A stretch of DNA of 64,000 nt from NCBI GenBank assembly GCA_951406725.2, contig OX597823.1, positions 110,608,001 to 110,672,000 on the forward strand, written 5' to 3'. Below, piece by piece: positions 1-12,654 of this stretch; position 1 is the first letter of the stretch; every line of letters starts with the position of its first letter. This DNA is from Octopus vulgaris (lineage: Eukaryota). Both the position numbers and the translations under genes were made by a program. The notes beneath the pieces are model-generated. The model saw only the letters and a program-made list of their open reading frames with translations, was not told where the DNA came from and did no database searches.

Positions 1-265
1 CAATTGTATTGATAAACGGCTGAGAACAATATCGCGAGTTGATTGCTTAGCAAAGCGTATGATATTGTCTTAAATTTTCACTCACTAATGAAATCTGTGC
101 AATCTTAGTGTGAAATAGAAAAATTTTCAATTTGTTTGGGCCGTTCATTGTAATGATGGGCCGAGGTTGGCGTAGACACAATCACTCAACAGAATTATAT
201 TTGTGCTGTGTAAAAATTTTGCCTGAATCTTCAATCTTGTTGTTTTAGGTCAGATAAATAGTAGA

Positions 266-272
266 TAGATAC

Positions 273-310
<38 letters not shown>

Positions 311-460
311 GGGGACAGGGAGAGAGGGAGGGAGGGGAAGTGGAGAGAGAGGATGAAATAGAGAGGAGAGAAAGGGAGAGAGGAGGAATAGAGAGACTAG
401 AGAAAGAGAGGTTACATATGTATGTGGAGAGATATAGAGAGAGAAGAGGCGGAGGGGCCA
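266..460. repeat. (GA)n-rich low-complexity tract
   Basis: Direct reading: degenerate AG/GA repeats. Confidence 0.9.
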
Positions 461-557
461 AAAAGACTGAGTGGGAGTTGTAAAGGTAATTTGTAATAAC
501 TCCTTTTCACTAATGTTACTGATTTAAGGTAGATTTGTCTTCAGATGTAACCTTAGT

Positions 558-885
558 AATCATCCTCATCATAATCATTGTTGTCGTCATCATCATCATC
601 CTCATCATCACCATTGTCATCGTCATCATCATTGTACTCATCGTCATCATCATTGTCCTCATCATCATCATCGTCATCATCATTGTCCTCATCATCATCA
701 TCGTCATCATCATTGTCCTCATCATCATGAATCTATCATTATTCGACGCTGTTGTCCTTATTATAACCATTATTATTATCATCCATCCCAGTAGTCATCC
801 AGTATCCTCATCATCATCGTCCTCCTCCTCCTCCTCATCATCATCATCCTCATCATCATCATCATCATCAGTAGCAGCAGCAGCA
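558..885. repeat. (CAT)n/(ATC)n degenerate trinucleotide microsatellite
   Basis: Direct reading; explains the poly-I/M/S ORFs in the track. Confidence 0.9.
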
Positions 886-1185
886 CCATTATTGCTAAAA
901 TCATTATCATTTCTATTTAAAGCCAGAAGAATCCATAGAACATTGAACAAAATGCCTCGTGGTTTCAGTTATGTTCTAGGTTCACATTCTGCCAAGGCTC
1001 AGTTTGACCTTCACCCTTCTCAGGACATCAAAAGGAAACACAAATCAAATTCAAGGTTTAATTTAATCAACTGATTCCTTCCCCCAATTTTGCCATCTTT
1101 TTCCCTACCTCAGAAATATTTGCTGTTATTATTATCCTAACTTCTCCTGAGTTATCTCTCTCATGTCTCAGCCCAATTCCCTGGC

Positions 1186-2760
1186 TTAGAGACACAGCAC
1201 TTTTCTCAACACAGGAGCTGTTCCAAGTCTCACTGCCAACTGAGTATTTCCTATGAAGTTTGGTATTTGCAGCTTTTTATGCCAGAATGTTGCTATCTTT
1301 GAAACGGCCCCAGGTGCACCAATCACAATAGGCATCATACTTACTTTTGAGGCTTTATGGATGCATTTCAGTTCCAATGCTAGGTCTTGGTACTTACCAG
1401 CTTTCTCATCCTCTCTCTGTACATTACATTGAAAGAGAAAGACAGTTGAGATTATATGAAAGAGAGTTTGAGAAAAACAGAGAAAAAGAGAGATTGAAAG
1501 AGGGCAGGGAAGGAGAAAGAGATGCTATAAAAGTGTGTGAAAGAGAGAGAGAGAGAGCGAGGGAGAAAGAGAGGGAGTGAGGAGAGAGTGTATAAAAGAC
1601 TAAATAAAATGATATAAAGGAGAGAGGGGAGAGAAAGAAGTAAAAACAGTCTGAATGAATGATAGTATATAAAAAGGTATAAGAGAGAAAGAGAGCAAGA
1701 GATAGAGATAGAGAGTGCAAACGTGAGAGAGATTATATAAAATAGTTAATGCAAAGGTGTATGAAGGGAAGTGAGGGTGAGAGAGAAGGAGGTATAGCTA
1801 CATCAATAAAGGTCCATTCTTTGGAGTTTTTATGTAGAAGAATGATATCTGGTTGGTTACATTGCAGCTTCTTATCTGAGTAGATAGGAATATCCTATGT
1901 GAGTTTCTCCTGGTCATCCTCTACTTCCAAATTTCATGCTCCTACCCCTAGTTGGAACATTCTGTCTCATACTTTATGTACAACTTCCAGTGTATTCACA
2001 CTGCCACTTTGTCATGGTGCTTTTTGCACTCCTTTTGAGCCAGTCTTAAGCATCCACTAATTATATGTCTAACAGTCCCATTTTCTACACAAAAGTGATA
2101 CTGCTGTCTTAATGCTACACTTGACTGAGCTGCTTTGTAAAGCTTGTTCTTGAGTAGCAAGAATCAGTCCTTCTGTCTCCTTCTTTAAAAAAAGCAATGT
2201 CTTAACCATCTCCAGAGTTCTTCAGCTTCTTCTGATATTTGCTGGAAAACTCTCTGTGTAGGATCTTCTCTTTCAATTTGATGATCTTTTCTTTATTAGT
2301 CCTCATTTTGTAAGCTTGTCACTGATCATTTCACTCAGGGCAGCCTTACCAAGACATGAAAATTAACTTCCAAGTTTTTCTCATAATGTTGGACAATTCT
2401 TCTTATGTCCATTCCACAACTCTTGCTCAGTAATATACCACACCATCAGCCCAAGCGTTGATGCCAAAACAGGTTCCTTCCATTCATCTTGGATCTCGTA
2501 CATAGCCTTTTTTACTTTTCTAGTATATTCACAGGAAATTTTCTCCTTCATCTTGGTGTTCATATGGCCTAATTGTAAGACACCAAGCTACTTGTAATAC
2601 TCTCTGTTCATTTCTTATCTGGAAGTTGTACTTCACTGCTGTCTACTTTTCATCCTCTCTCCAGTTCAATAGCAACACATTTCTCTGGAACAAATGCCAT
2701 CTGAATGTTATGAGAGAAAATTCATATGGTCTACATAAGTGAGTCCAATTGATCTCAACT
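1186..2760 (-). mobile_element. Decayed R4/Dong-like (RLE-type) non-LTR retrotransposon 3' part, interrupted by a GA-rich tract (~1400-1790)
   Basis: Minus-strand fragments include C-terminal 'MMPIVIGAPGAVSK...LGTAPVLRKVL' and 'EYTRKVKK...'. Same layout as the copy at 59990-62190. Many stops and frameshifts. Confidence 0.7.
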
Positions 2761-2987
2761 ATGTGAAATGAAGTGTCTTGCTCAAGGACACAACACATCA
2801 CCAGGAATTGAGCTCACAACTTTACGATTGTGAGCTGATTGCCCTAACCACTAAGCCACGTGCCTTCACTGACTCACGATTAATATAACACTCAAGCAAA
2901 AATTTGTTATTCACTTTTGTTCAGTTTAATCTCTTTTGCTGTTGTGGGTAGGTGTAGCTTGATTACAACCTAGCTTATGCTGCCGTT

Positions 2988-3320
2988 CTATAGGAGGAGG
3001 ACATTGTGAATCAGCTCACCCTCTGGACACCAGGCTGCATGACTGGACCACCTTAAGTGCTGTTGTAGAAGCACCAAAGGGAGTGGCCGGAGATTCCGGC
3101 GATGATGAAGACCGGCTGTAGGAACCTGATCAATGCATTGGCAGCAAAGAATGCGGTGGAGACGGTCATTGTCGAACACCTCCAGCCTTTGCTGATCGAC
3201 TACCCCCATGGGCCATATTTCACAACCATAGAGGAGGATAGTAGAAATGACGGCCCAGAAGATTCGCCCTTTGGTCAACCGAGAGATCTCCTCGGTGTGT
3301 GTTAGATGAATGGCGATTGA
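2988..3320 (-). mobile_element. RTE-clade LINE fragment (post-RT region)
   Basis: ORF 'TKGRIFWAVISTILLYGCEIW...RLEVFDNDRLHRIL...LRWSSHAA' matches the RTE 'LLYGCETW...LEVF..RCLRRIL...RLRW.GH' pattern. Confidence 0.8.
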
Positions 3321-3362
3321 TGGATATTAATGGAATGGAAGCACTCCGTCGATTACGATGAC

Positions 3363-3720
3363 GAGGGTTCCGGTTGATCTGATCAACGGAACAGCCTGTT
3401 CGTGAAATTAACGTGTAAGTGGCTGAGCTCTCCACAGACACGTGTACCCTTAACGTAGTTCTCGGGGATATTCAGCGTGACACAGAGAGTGACAAGGCCG
3501 GCCCTTTGAAATACAAGGTACAACAGAAACAGGAAGTAAGAGTGAGAGAAAGTTGTGGCGAAAGAGTACAGCAGGGATCACCACCATCCCCTGCCGGAGC
3601 CTCGTGGAGCTTTAGGTGTTTTCGCTCAATAAACACTCACAACACCCGGTCTGGGAATCGAAACTGCGATCCCACGACCGCGAGTCCGCTGTCCTAACCA
3701 CTCGGCCATTGCGCCTCCAC
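3363..3720 (-). mobile_element. tRNA-headed SINE, family B (tail type 1)
   Basis: Minus-strand head GTGGAGGCGCAATGGCCGAGTGGTTAGG...TTCGATTCC with Pol III A/B-box-like motifs. Body shared with 5 other copies in the window. Confidence 0.85.
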
Positions 3721-4387
3721 GATGAATATTAATACATATATAAAGATTGTACAAAAACTGGTTTAACAGACATCAAACAAGACAGAAACACACAACTAAA
3801 ACTTTTCAAACTCTTCACTGTGCAGATACTCGTGACCTGACAATTTTCTCCTCAGAAAACTGTTCAGCAATTCTTATATAACTTACACTATTAGATATCA
3901 TTCACATTACTTCCTTTCCTTGCTTACTACCAACCATTTCCAAAGATTATGTATTATTCATAACATAGTGTTCAGCCTCCCATATGCTTAACCTCCACAT
4001 CCAGGACAAAACATTGGTTATCTGTTTCCATAAAGATTGGACACACTACCTGATCACTCCAAGACAACACATCCTCTCACCCAACTCCAGTCAAGCCAAT
4101 CAAACCATATTGTAGATGATCACTCAGAAAGTTACCTAAATTGAGTGACCTGAGGTTGACCTTCTTGACCTTTTTGTTGACACTCTTGTAATAACATTTC
4201 AACCTTGTTTCGGACACATTGAAGTTTTTATAGGCAGTGAAAAAGAAGAGATTTTAGAATGTTTGATGCCAGACATCACAAAATTGGTTCTGAATTTGAT
4301 CAAAGATCTTATCAGAAAAGGCATGTTTTGTGCTAAAATAACAGCAGCATAGGTTTGATCAGAGATGTAGGCCTGAGATTAAAACAA

Positions 4388-4800
4388 CAGGAGTGGCTAT
4401 GTGGTAAGTAGCTTGCTTTACAACCACATGGTTCCGGGTTCAGTCCCACTGCGTGCCACCTTGGGCAAGTGTCTTCTACTATAGCCTCGGGCCGACCAAA
4501 GCCTTGTGAGTGGATTTGGTAGACGGAAACTGAAAGAAGCCTGTCGTATATATGTATATGTATATATGTATGTGTGTATATATGTTTGTGTATCTGTGCT
4601 TGTGCCCCCAACATCGCTTGACAACCGATGCTGGTGTGTTTAGATCCCCATAACTTAGCAGTTCAGCAAAAGAGATCCACAGAATAAGTATTAGGCTTAC
4701 AAAGAATAAGTCCTGGGGTCAATTTGCTTGACTTAAGGCAGTGCTCCGGCATGGCCACAGTCAAATGACTGAAACAAGTAGAAGAGTAGAAGAGAAGAGT
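4388..4800 (+). mobile_element. tRNA-headed SINE, family A (CORE-like 'ccttgggcaagt' body, internal TA/TG microsatellite, (AAGAGT)n tail)
   Basis: TGGCTATGTGGTAAG...GGTTCAGTCCC head. About 12 similar copies in the window. Confidence 0.9.
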
Positions 4801-5256
4801 TTATAATATATCAACATTTGCTAATTTCTATAAAGCAACATGTCAGTAATTTCTTTATTTTCATTTCTTTGTTGCAAGTCAGCAAATTTAACTGTCTTGC
4901 CTTGACCAGAAGAGGATTTCAGCCATAAATTGAATCATGCATTTGACTACAAAAGCTGGTTCTTAGATGATGATAAAAGAATACATAAAGCAGGGGTGAC
5001 TCTGTGTTTTGCACAGGTAGTGATAGAATTAGCCATAAAAACACTAAGCAAAGTTTTCCACCCAAGCAACAGGTACCATATATTTTTGAGACGTATAATA
5101 CATATTTGGTAAAATAAAATTCACTGTATATATGTGTGCTTGCTTACACATTTATTCCACACCATCAATTTCTCTTGCCAATTTTAGCTAATTTTTCTGA
5201 GATTTCAAAGAAAATATTAGCACTTTGCTTTCTAGAATCTTCAACATATATATATA

Positions 5257-5403
<147 letters not shown>

Positions 5404-5451
5404 ATATAAATATATATATATATATATATAATTTTTTTATTATATAGAAGG

Positions 5452-5502
5452 AGCTTCTACAGGACTAGAACTGTTTCATTCAAGAGAAATCTTCAGGAAG
5501 CT
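5452..5502 (-). ncRNA. Type I hammerhead ribozyme (mirror copy of 7033-7083)
   Basis: Reverse complement of 7033-7083. Confidence 0.8.
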
Positions 5503-5805
5503 AGTTAACAAGAATTGTATTGGCATTTATACATTTAGGCAGGTTTAAAGGGGTGGTGGTGGGGGACTTTTTGGGGGTAGGCATAGCGCAAAAAAATCAT
5601 ACTTGGGGGAGTGGTCAAGGAGTCAGTGGTAAATTAGATAGAAGAATAAATAAAAGAATAAAAAAAAAAAAAAAGGGGAATAAAAAAATATATAGAAGAA
5701 TAGAGTTTTAGGTAAATAAGGAAAATCTCACTTATACCTATACACATATGTATACATATATACACACACACACATATACATACACATATACATACACACA
5801 CACCC

Positions 5806-5836
<31 letters not shown>

Positions 5837-5852
5837 TATACATACATATATC

Positions 5853-5895
<43 letters not shown>

Positions 5896-6089
5896 ATATA
5901 CATGCATATACATGCATATACACACACACATGTATATATACACACACACGACCACAGATACACACACACACACAAAAAATTATATACATACACACACATA
6001 CACATACACACATACACACACATATATCCACATACACACATGCACACACAACACACAAGTCCCTATATACTCATATATACATATACACA

Positions 6090-6165
<76 letters not shown>

Positions 6166-6360
6166 TGTGTATATGTATATATATATGTATATATACATAT
6201 ATGTGTATATGTATATATGAGTATATAGGGACTTGTGTGTTGTGTGTGCATGTGTGTATGTGGATATATGTGTGTGTATGTGTGTATGTGTATGTGTGTG
6301 TATGTATATAATTTTTTTTGTGTGTATGTGTATCTGTGGTCGTGTGTGTGTATATATACA

Positions 6361-6432
<72 letters not shown>

Positions 6433-6614
6433 TGTGTATATGTATATATGAGTATATAGGGACTTGTGTGTTGTGTGTGCATGTGTGTATGTGGATATAT
6501 GTGTGTGTATGTGTGTATGTGTATGTGTGTGTATGTATATATTTTTTTTGTGTGTATGTGTATGTGTGGTCGTGTGTGTGTATATATACGTGTGTGTGTG
6601 TATATGTATATGCA

Positions 6615-6678
<64 letters not shown>

Positions 6679-6694
6679 GATATATGTATGTATA

Positions 6695-6725
<31 letters not shown>

Positions 6726-7032
6726 GGGTGTGTGTGTATGTATGTGTGTATGTATATGTGTGTGTGTGTGTATATATGTATACATATGTGTATAGGTATA
6801 AGTGAGATTTTCCTTATTTACCTAAAACTCTATTCTTCTATATATTTTTTTATTCCCCTTTTTTTTTATTTTTTTATTCTTTTATTTATTCTTCTATCTA
6901 ATTTACCACTGACTCCTTGACCACTCCCCCAAGTATGATTTTTTTGCGCTATGCCTACCCCCAAAAAGTCCCCCACCACCACCCCTTTAAACCTGCCTAA
7001 ATGTATAAATGCCAATACAATTCTTGTTAACT

Positions 7033-7083
7033 AGCTTCCTGAAGATTTCTCTTGAATGAAACAGTTCTAGTCCTGTAGAAGCT
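7033..7083 (+). ncRNA. Type I hammerhead ribozyme
   Basis: AGCUUC-CUGAAGA-U UUC UCUU GAA U-GAAA CAG UUCUAGUC CU GUA-GAAGCU. Stem I is 6 bp, the core is canonical, stem III is ACAG/CUGU, and cleavage is predicted after A7077. Confidence 0.8.
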
Positions 7084-7166
7084 CCTTCTATATAATAAAT
7101 TAATTTTACTCTGCTATGTATTGAGTACCTTATTTACTGTGGTTAACGTCGAATCAACCCGGGACC

Positions 7167-7223
<57 letters not shown>

Positions 7224-7280
7224 GTATGTATGTATGTATGTATATATCAATACATACATACATACATACATACATGCATG

Positions 7281-7312
<32 letters not shown>

Positions 7313-7469
7313 CATACATACATATATATATATATATATGAAACAAAGCCAAATTTTATTAAAACTGTAAATGTTTTATCTAATTTGTCAACACTCATTG
7401 AAGCTTCTTAGTTATAAAAAAAATTTTAAACAACAAATATTTAAATGCTACAATGTTATTTGATTTGAG

Positions 7470-8045
7470 GAAATGATGCTGATGATAATGTTGGTGATCG
7501 TAGTGGTGGAGAAGATGACGATGATGATGATGATGAAGATTATCATCATCATCATCATCAACATGTGTTTTAATTGTATTTTTTTTCTTTTGTATTTGTA
7601 TCTGGACAGAAAATTATCAATCAAGTTTAAGAAATTAAAGGAAGAATATTTACCTGATTTAGGAGATTTAAAAGAGATAAAATAATTATAATTTATGATA
7701 ACAGAAATTGCGATGATAATGATGATAACACCAATGATGACAACAACAGTGATGATGTCGGGGGGGGGGTGATGAGAAGGGGGATGATGATGATCATCCT
7801 CATTTTGAAAATGATGAGAGTAATAATAATGGTGGTGGTGGTAGTGGTGATAAGAGGGGAATGATGTCATTGATGACAACACTAATGGGGGGGGGTAATG
7901 ATGAAGATGATGATGACAGAGACAATGATGATGATGACAGAGACAATGATGATGATGACAGAGACAATGATGATGATGATGAGGAGGAGGAGGAGGAGGA
8001 GAAGGAGTAGGAAGCAGAAGAGGAGAGTTATGATGGTGGTAATGA
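7470..8045. repeat. (GAT)n/(GGA)n degenerate trinucleotide region with three tandem ~21-bp units (~7905-7980)
   Basis: Direct reading. Confidence 0.85.
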
Positions 8046-8591
8046 TAAAAATAATCTCTCATATAGACACAAAGCTATATACTGTACAATTAATGAAGGA
8101 TTCAGTCAATTAAACTGATTCCAGCATCCATGGCTTTCTCACTCTCTCTCTCTCTTTCCCTCTTTCTCTCCCTTTCTTCTGCTCTTTCCCACATCCCTTC
8201 TGTCTCTCTCCCTCTCTCTCTTTCTGTCTCTCTCACTTCTTCTTATCATTATTACCCACCATTTTTGATGGGGTAAGTGTGCCTATCCCCAGTTCTTGAC
8301 ATCAACCCTTTGAATGCAGACAGAAGTAAGAAAGCCCTGTCCGAAGACATTCTGGTTCAATATTTTCATTTTATTTTGACATTCATCACCTTTATATATC
8401 TGTAATAGATATTATACTATTATTATTAATAATGGTTTCAACATTTTTACACAAGGCCAGTAATTTTAGGGGTAGGGAACGGACAGTTACATGAGCCCCG
8501 GAGCTCAACTGGTACTTATTTTGCTACCACATCCCCCCATAGTGCAAAGGATTCTTCAAGTTTCTGCCAGCTACTGCCATAATAATGATAG

Positions 8592-8790
8592 AGTGGCAAA
8601 CTGGTAGAATCATTAGCATGACGAACAAAATACTTAGTGGCACTAAAGTTCTGAGTTCAAAAACTGTCAATGTTGGCTTTGCCTTTTATCCTTTTGGGGT
8701 CAATAAAATTAGGACCAATTGAGCACTAGGATTGATGCAATCAACTTTCTCCTCTTCCTATATTGCTGGCCTTGTACCAAAATTTGAAAT
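8592..8790 (+). mobile_element. Degenerate SINE, family C
   Basis: Similar to 53013-53615 (ctgagttcaaa...ttgccttt.atcctt..ggggtc.ataaa). Confidence 0.6.
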
Positions 8791-8809
8791 TAATATTATC
8801 GATAATGAT

Positions 8810-9400
8810 GTTAGGTGAGCCCCTACCTGAGTTTAACATTCAGATAGGGGTTCACCAGGGCTCAGTTCTCAAGCCACTCTTATTCGTTATAGTCCTCCAG
8901 ACCATGACAGAAGAATTCAAAACTGGGTGCTCATGGGAATGACCTTGCTCTTATTGCAGAATGGTGATGACCTTGCTCTTATTGCAGAATCTTTAGTAGA
9001 ATTGGAGAAGAAATTCCAGGTATGGAAACAAAACTTGGAATCAAAGAGTCTTAAAGTCAACCTAGCTAAGACAAAAGTTTTTAATAAGAACGAAGATAAA
9101 ACTTTCTTTGTGTCAGGTTAATGGTCCTGGTCCATATGTAGGAAAAGAGTTGGATAAAATTCCATTCACTGCATCCAGTGTAAACTATAGACACATCAGA
9201 GATGCAGTGGTATTACAGGTAGATTAACAGATAAAGTAGTCTTTGTATGTGGTAGATGTGCAGGAACAATAAGCGCTAAGAGCACCCAGGAATTAGATTT
9301 TCTCAAATGCCCAGGAGGCTCTCTTGAGGTTGTAGATATTTTCTGTTACCTAAGTGACCAAATTACCAATGGTGGAGGATGCTCAAACAGTATTGTTTCT
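8810..9400 (+). mobile_element. RTEX-like LINE RT fragment
   Basis: GVHQGSVL..LLFVIVLQ..TEEFKTG, 'GDDLALIAESLVELEKKFQVWKQNLESKSLKVNLAKTKV', followed by a degenerate Cys-rich segment. Confidence 0.8.
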
Positions 9401-9454
9401 ATAACCTTTTCACCATCACCTCCTCTCCTCTTAAAAGATTTTGTCTTCCAAGTA

Positions 9455-9857
9455 CTTGGTAACCCTGTCAGTGCAGGTGCCACTTAAAAGCACCCAGTCC
9501 ATGCCATAAAGTGGTTGGTGTTCAGAAGGCCATCCAGCTGTAAAAACCTTGCCAAAACTGACCTTGCCTGTGCTAGTGCCACATAAAAAGCACTAAGTCC
9601 ACTCTGCTGAGTGGTTGTTATTAGGAAGGGTATCCAGCTGTAAAAACCTTGCCAAAACTGACCTCGCCTGTGCTACTGCCACATAAAAAGTACTAAGTCT
9701 ACTCTGCTGAGTGGTTGTTATTAGGAAGAGTATCCAGCTGTAAAATTCCTGCCAAAACAGTCACAGAAGTCTGGTGCAGGCTTCGGCCTGGCCAGCTCTT
9801 GTGGCACTGTCCCACCCATGCCAGCATGGAACACGGATGTTAAATGAAGATGACGAT
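9455..9857 (+). repeat. LINE 3'-UTR-derived tandem repeat (~105-bp units x3) ending in a (GAT)n-like tail
   Basis: Repeated 'taaaaagcac..agtccactctgctgagtggttgtt.ttaggaagggtatccagctgtaaaa'. Same tail family as 32150-32525. Confidence 0.7.
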
Positions 9858-10349
9858 GTCTCATCCATGCCTACAGGTGTATGAGACCACAACTTATCCA
9901 GAGCTTCAAGGTTTTAGACAGAGAATATAAACCGACATCTTGAACAGTCTGCTGATCTATCGTAGAGTTCGTGTTAACTCCCAAATGACCCTTGTGCTCA
10001 TTTTCCAGCCGAGTGCATTGAAACAATGTAAAAAGAAATGACATGCTCAAGGACACAACATGTCCACTCATCTGCAAACCAAACCCACGATTATAAACCC
10101 AACACTCAAAGTAACTAGGTTATGTGATTTCACTAATTCCCATAAAGGAAATTACACCAAACAACAACTGAATGCAACACTATTTCATAACTTATAATTT
10201 ACAACTGGAATCACTAACACTTAAAGCAGTGTTTCTCAACCCTTTTACCCTTGCGTAACCCTTAAAATATATTACATGTCTCAAGGAACCCTGCACAAAA
10301 AAAAGTTATATACTATATCTTTCTCATATATTTTCGTTGTAGTTGACAT

Positions 10350-10389
<40 letters not shown>

Positions 10390-10393
<4 letters not shown>

Positions 10394-10626
10394 AAATTTA
10401 GAGAACTGACCACTAGAAATGGACAGCCTATACGCTAGATATAAATGTCAAAATTGCCATTTTCCACGAAGAATGTGTTCTCAGGAAAACATTCAGCAAA
10501 AAACCAAAGTGTAAAAATAAGCAAGACAAATGAAAATATACAAAATAAAAAACGATTGGCGATTTTGACGTCTATGTTTAGCATATAGGCTGTCCACTTT
10601 TAGTGGTCAGTTCTCTAAATTTTGTA
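10390..10626. mobile_element. MITE-like element with ~70-bp terminal inverted repeats
   Basis: 10390-10459 (tacaaaatttagagaactgaccact...) versus 10557-10626 in reverse complement; TA at both ends. Confidence 0.75.
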
Positions 10627-10737
10627 TGTAAAAAGATTTTTAATCTTCAGATTTTTAAAAAATATGCTAACCCACTGGTTTTAATTGATTAATATCAATT
10701 TCTACCCTTATTTAATTATATATATATGTATATATAT

Positions 10738-11068
10738 ATATTGTTATATTTCGGAATGGTCATATTGCCAGTTTAGCCAATAAAAACACACGCACTATAT
10801 ATTTGGTATTATTTTGCTTCAGTGTTATTTATTTTTTACATTGAACTTAATCTTATTTCGGCCAGAGTTCTTTCGTCACACTCCTGTGACCGCATCACAG
10901 AACTCTGGCCGAAATAAGATTAAGATTAATGTAAAAAATAAATAACACTGAAGCAAAATAACACCAAATATATAGTGCGTGTGTTTTTATTGGCTAAACT
11001 GGCAAAATGACCATTCAGAAATATTACAATATCTGTTTCAACACACGACTTCACATAAAAAATCTTGC

Positions 11069-11075
<7 letters not shown>
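10738..11075. repeat. Fold-back element (~135-bp arms) whose centre is a truncated hammerhead
   Basis: 10738-10871 versus 10899-11032 inverted. On the minus strand the centre reads UGAUGCG-GUCACA GGAG UGUGAC-GAAAGAACUC UGGCC. Same family as 41625-41840. Confidence 0.85.
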
Positions 11076-11099
<24 letters not shown>

Positions 11100-11112
<13 letters not shown>

Positions 11113-11608
11113 TGCAGTTGTGTGAGTGTCTGTCCCCTTCGATTTAGATTCCTAACTACTCCCAAATTTTGAAGTGCAGTTTAACCAAATTTGGGTATCT
11201 TATAGTTGTGATTCATATCGAGCTCGTCTGAGTATTAGCGCATGTCTACGATGAGTCAACGATTTTAAAAATAATTTAACATCATTTTTTATTCCATTTT
11301 AATGCATAATTTTTCGTGTGCCGATGGCGGCGGAGTTGGCGTCCATGGTCACACCTGCACCTGTTTGCTTCTCCCCCTTCTTCCCTCCCTCGTGAAGCTG
11401 TGGGGAAGGGAGTGTAAGGAAATTAACGTCGTAAAGCGTTGTCAAGGAGACCAGCGTGCTTTTAGAACAACGACTTCATGGCTTGAAGACACCAAAACAG
11501 AAATGGCTAAGAAAGCCCAAATTGGCATCTATAAGGGAAGTAACTCTCTAAAATGCTTATATAGTTATTTCCCTTACAAACCCGAGCAACGCCGGGCGAT
11601 ACTGCTAG
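11100..11608 (+). mobile_element. Non-autonomous Helitron
   Basis: 3' subterminal hairpin CCCGAGCAACGCCGGG followed by CTAG-T. Homologous to 30053-30439. Confidence 0.8.
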
Positions 11609-12466
11609 TATATATATATAAATATGTATATATATATAATTATAACTTATAAAGATCAATGAAACTGTATAAGGTGCATATAAAAGGCAGAACGAAGAGC
11701 CTGATTTCATGCGAAAATATTGCTTCTTTGGAGATGGTGGTATAGGTTTTGAGAGTAGTGGTGGTAGCCATAGCAACAGCAGCAATAGCAGTGGCAGTGA
11801 TGCTGTTGCTGTTGGTGGTGGTGATAGTGCTAGTGGAGTCTGATGGAGTGTAAGGACAGAGCGGTGATGGTGAGTTGGTAGTAAGGTTGATGATGATGAT
11901 GATGATGAAGGCAAATATGATAGTGATGATGATGACAATGATGATGACGACAACGGTGACGATGATGATGATGATGATGACGATGCTGCTGCTGCTGATT
12001 GTTGTTGTTGTTAAGCAAGAAGATGGGTAAAAGTGATTAGGTGATGGTCTAGGGCTTAGGGGTGGGAGACTCTAGACCTTGGAAAAAAAAAACTTTGGTC
12101 GTTGTTGTAGTTGAGGGCTCTTCATTGACACCTGACACTACTGGGAGATGGCCCTCGAAGTCGCTGGAAATGGAGATTTCCAGGTCCAAATTCTTGGACG
12201 GCTGCTGCTGATGATGATGATGGCAAATATTGCTATTATTGTTTAGTCCCAGGTAATCTCCGATCAATTAGGCATTTGGTTAAGAACTTATGAATAGTTT
12301 CCTTAGTTATTCAAACACAGATCATCTTAGCTAATGTCATGCAATAAAGTGTATTTTCAGAGAGATTTAGCTACGTTTTCTAGCAGGTTGATCTGACCAC
12401 CTTTGATTATGTTTCTTTGCATTGCTGGAGTTGCTGCTTAGCTCAAGGTAAACATGTTGGAATAAA

Positions 12467-12595
12467 TCTTATTTCTTTACTACCCACAAGGGGCTAAACA
12501 CAGAGAGGACAAACGGATTAAGTTGATTACATCAACCCCAGTGCATAACTGGTACTTAATTTATCGACCCCGAAAGGATGAAAGGCAAAGTCGAC
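12467..12595 (-). mobile_element. SINE family C, 3' fragment
   Basis: Reverse complement matches ~53290-53430. Confidence 0.75.
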
Positions 12596-12654
12596 AAATC
12601 TAGGATCAAAGATATTGAAACTGTGACTAAACCATTATTTGTATATATATATAT

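Larger units (their letters stand above)
5436..7099. repeat. ~1.66 kb near-perfect palindrome (fold-back element) with an HHR near each outer end
   Basis: 5436-~5750 is the reverse complement of ~6780-7099. The microsatellite-rich interior is also mirrored, with an extra ~231-bp tandem duplication in the right arm. Confidence 0.95.

Noticed and set aside
495-550. CUGAAGA...GAAA on the minus strand (similar isolated cores at ~10645, 50914 and 51183)
   Set aside because: No pairing stems I-III or no correctly placed GAAA; chance core matches.
3660-3720. tRNA-like sequences at SINE heads
   Set aside because: The acceptor stems are incomplete and the sequence runs directly into SINE bodies; these are SINE heads, not tRNA genes.
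4200-5112. Two possible plus-strand exons (SEKEEILECLMPD...; EDFSHKLNHAFDYKSWF...)
   Set aside because: Splice signals are weak or non-canonical and I recognise no protein family; not supportable without RNA data.
9455-9760. Regularly spaced direct repeats resembling a CRISPR array
   Set aside because: Whole ~105-bp units are repeated with no unique spacers; eukaryotic context, LINE 3'UTR-derived, no cas genes.
11690-12267. Ser/His/Gln-rich open frames on the minus strand
   Set aside because: Built from degenerate trinucleotide repeats that are common throughout the window; no consistent frame or splice structure.
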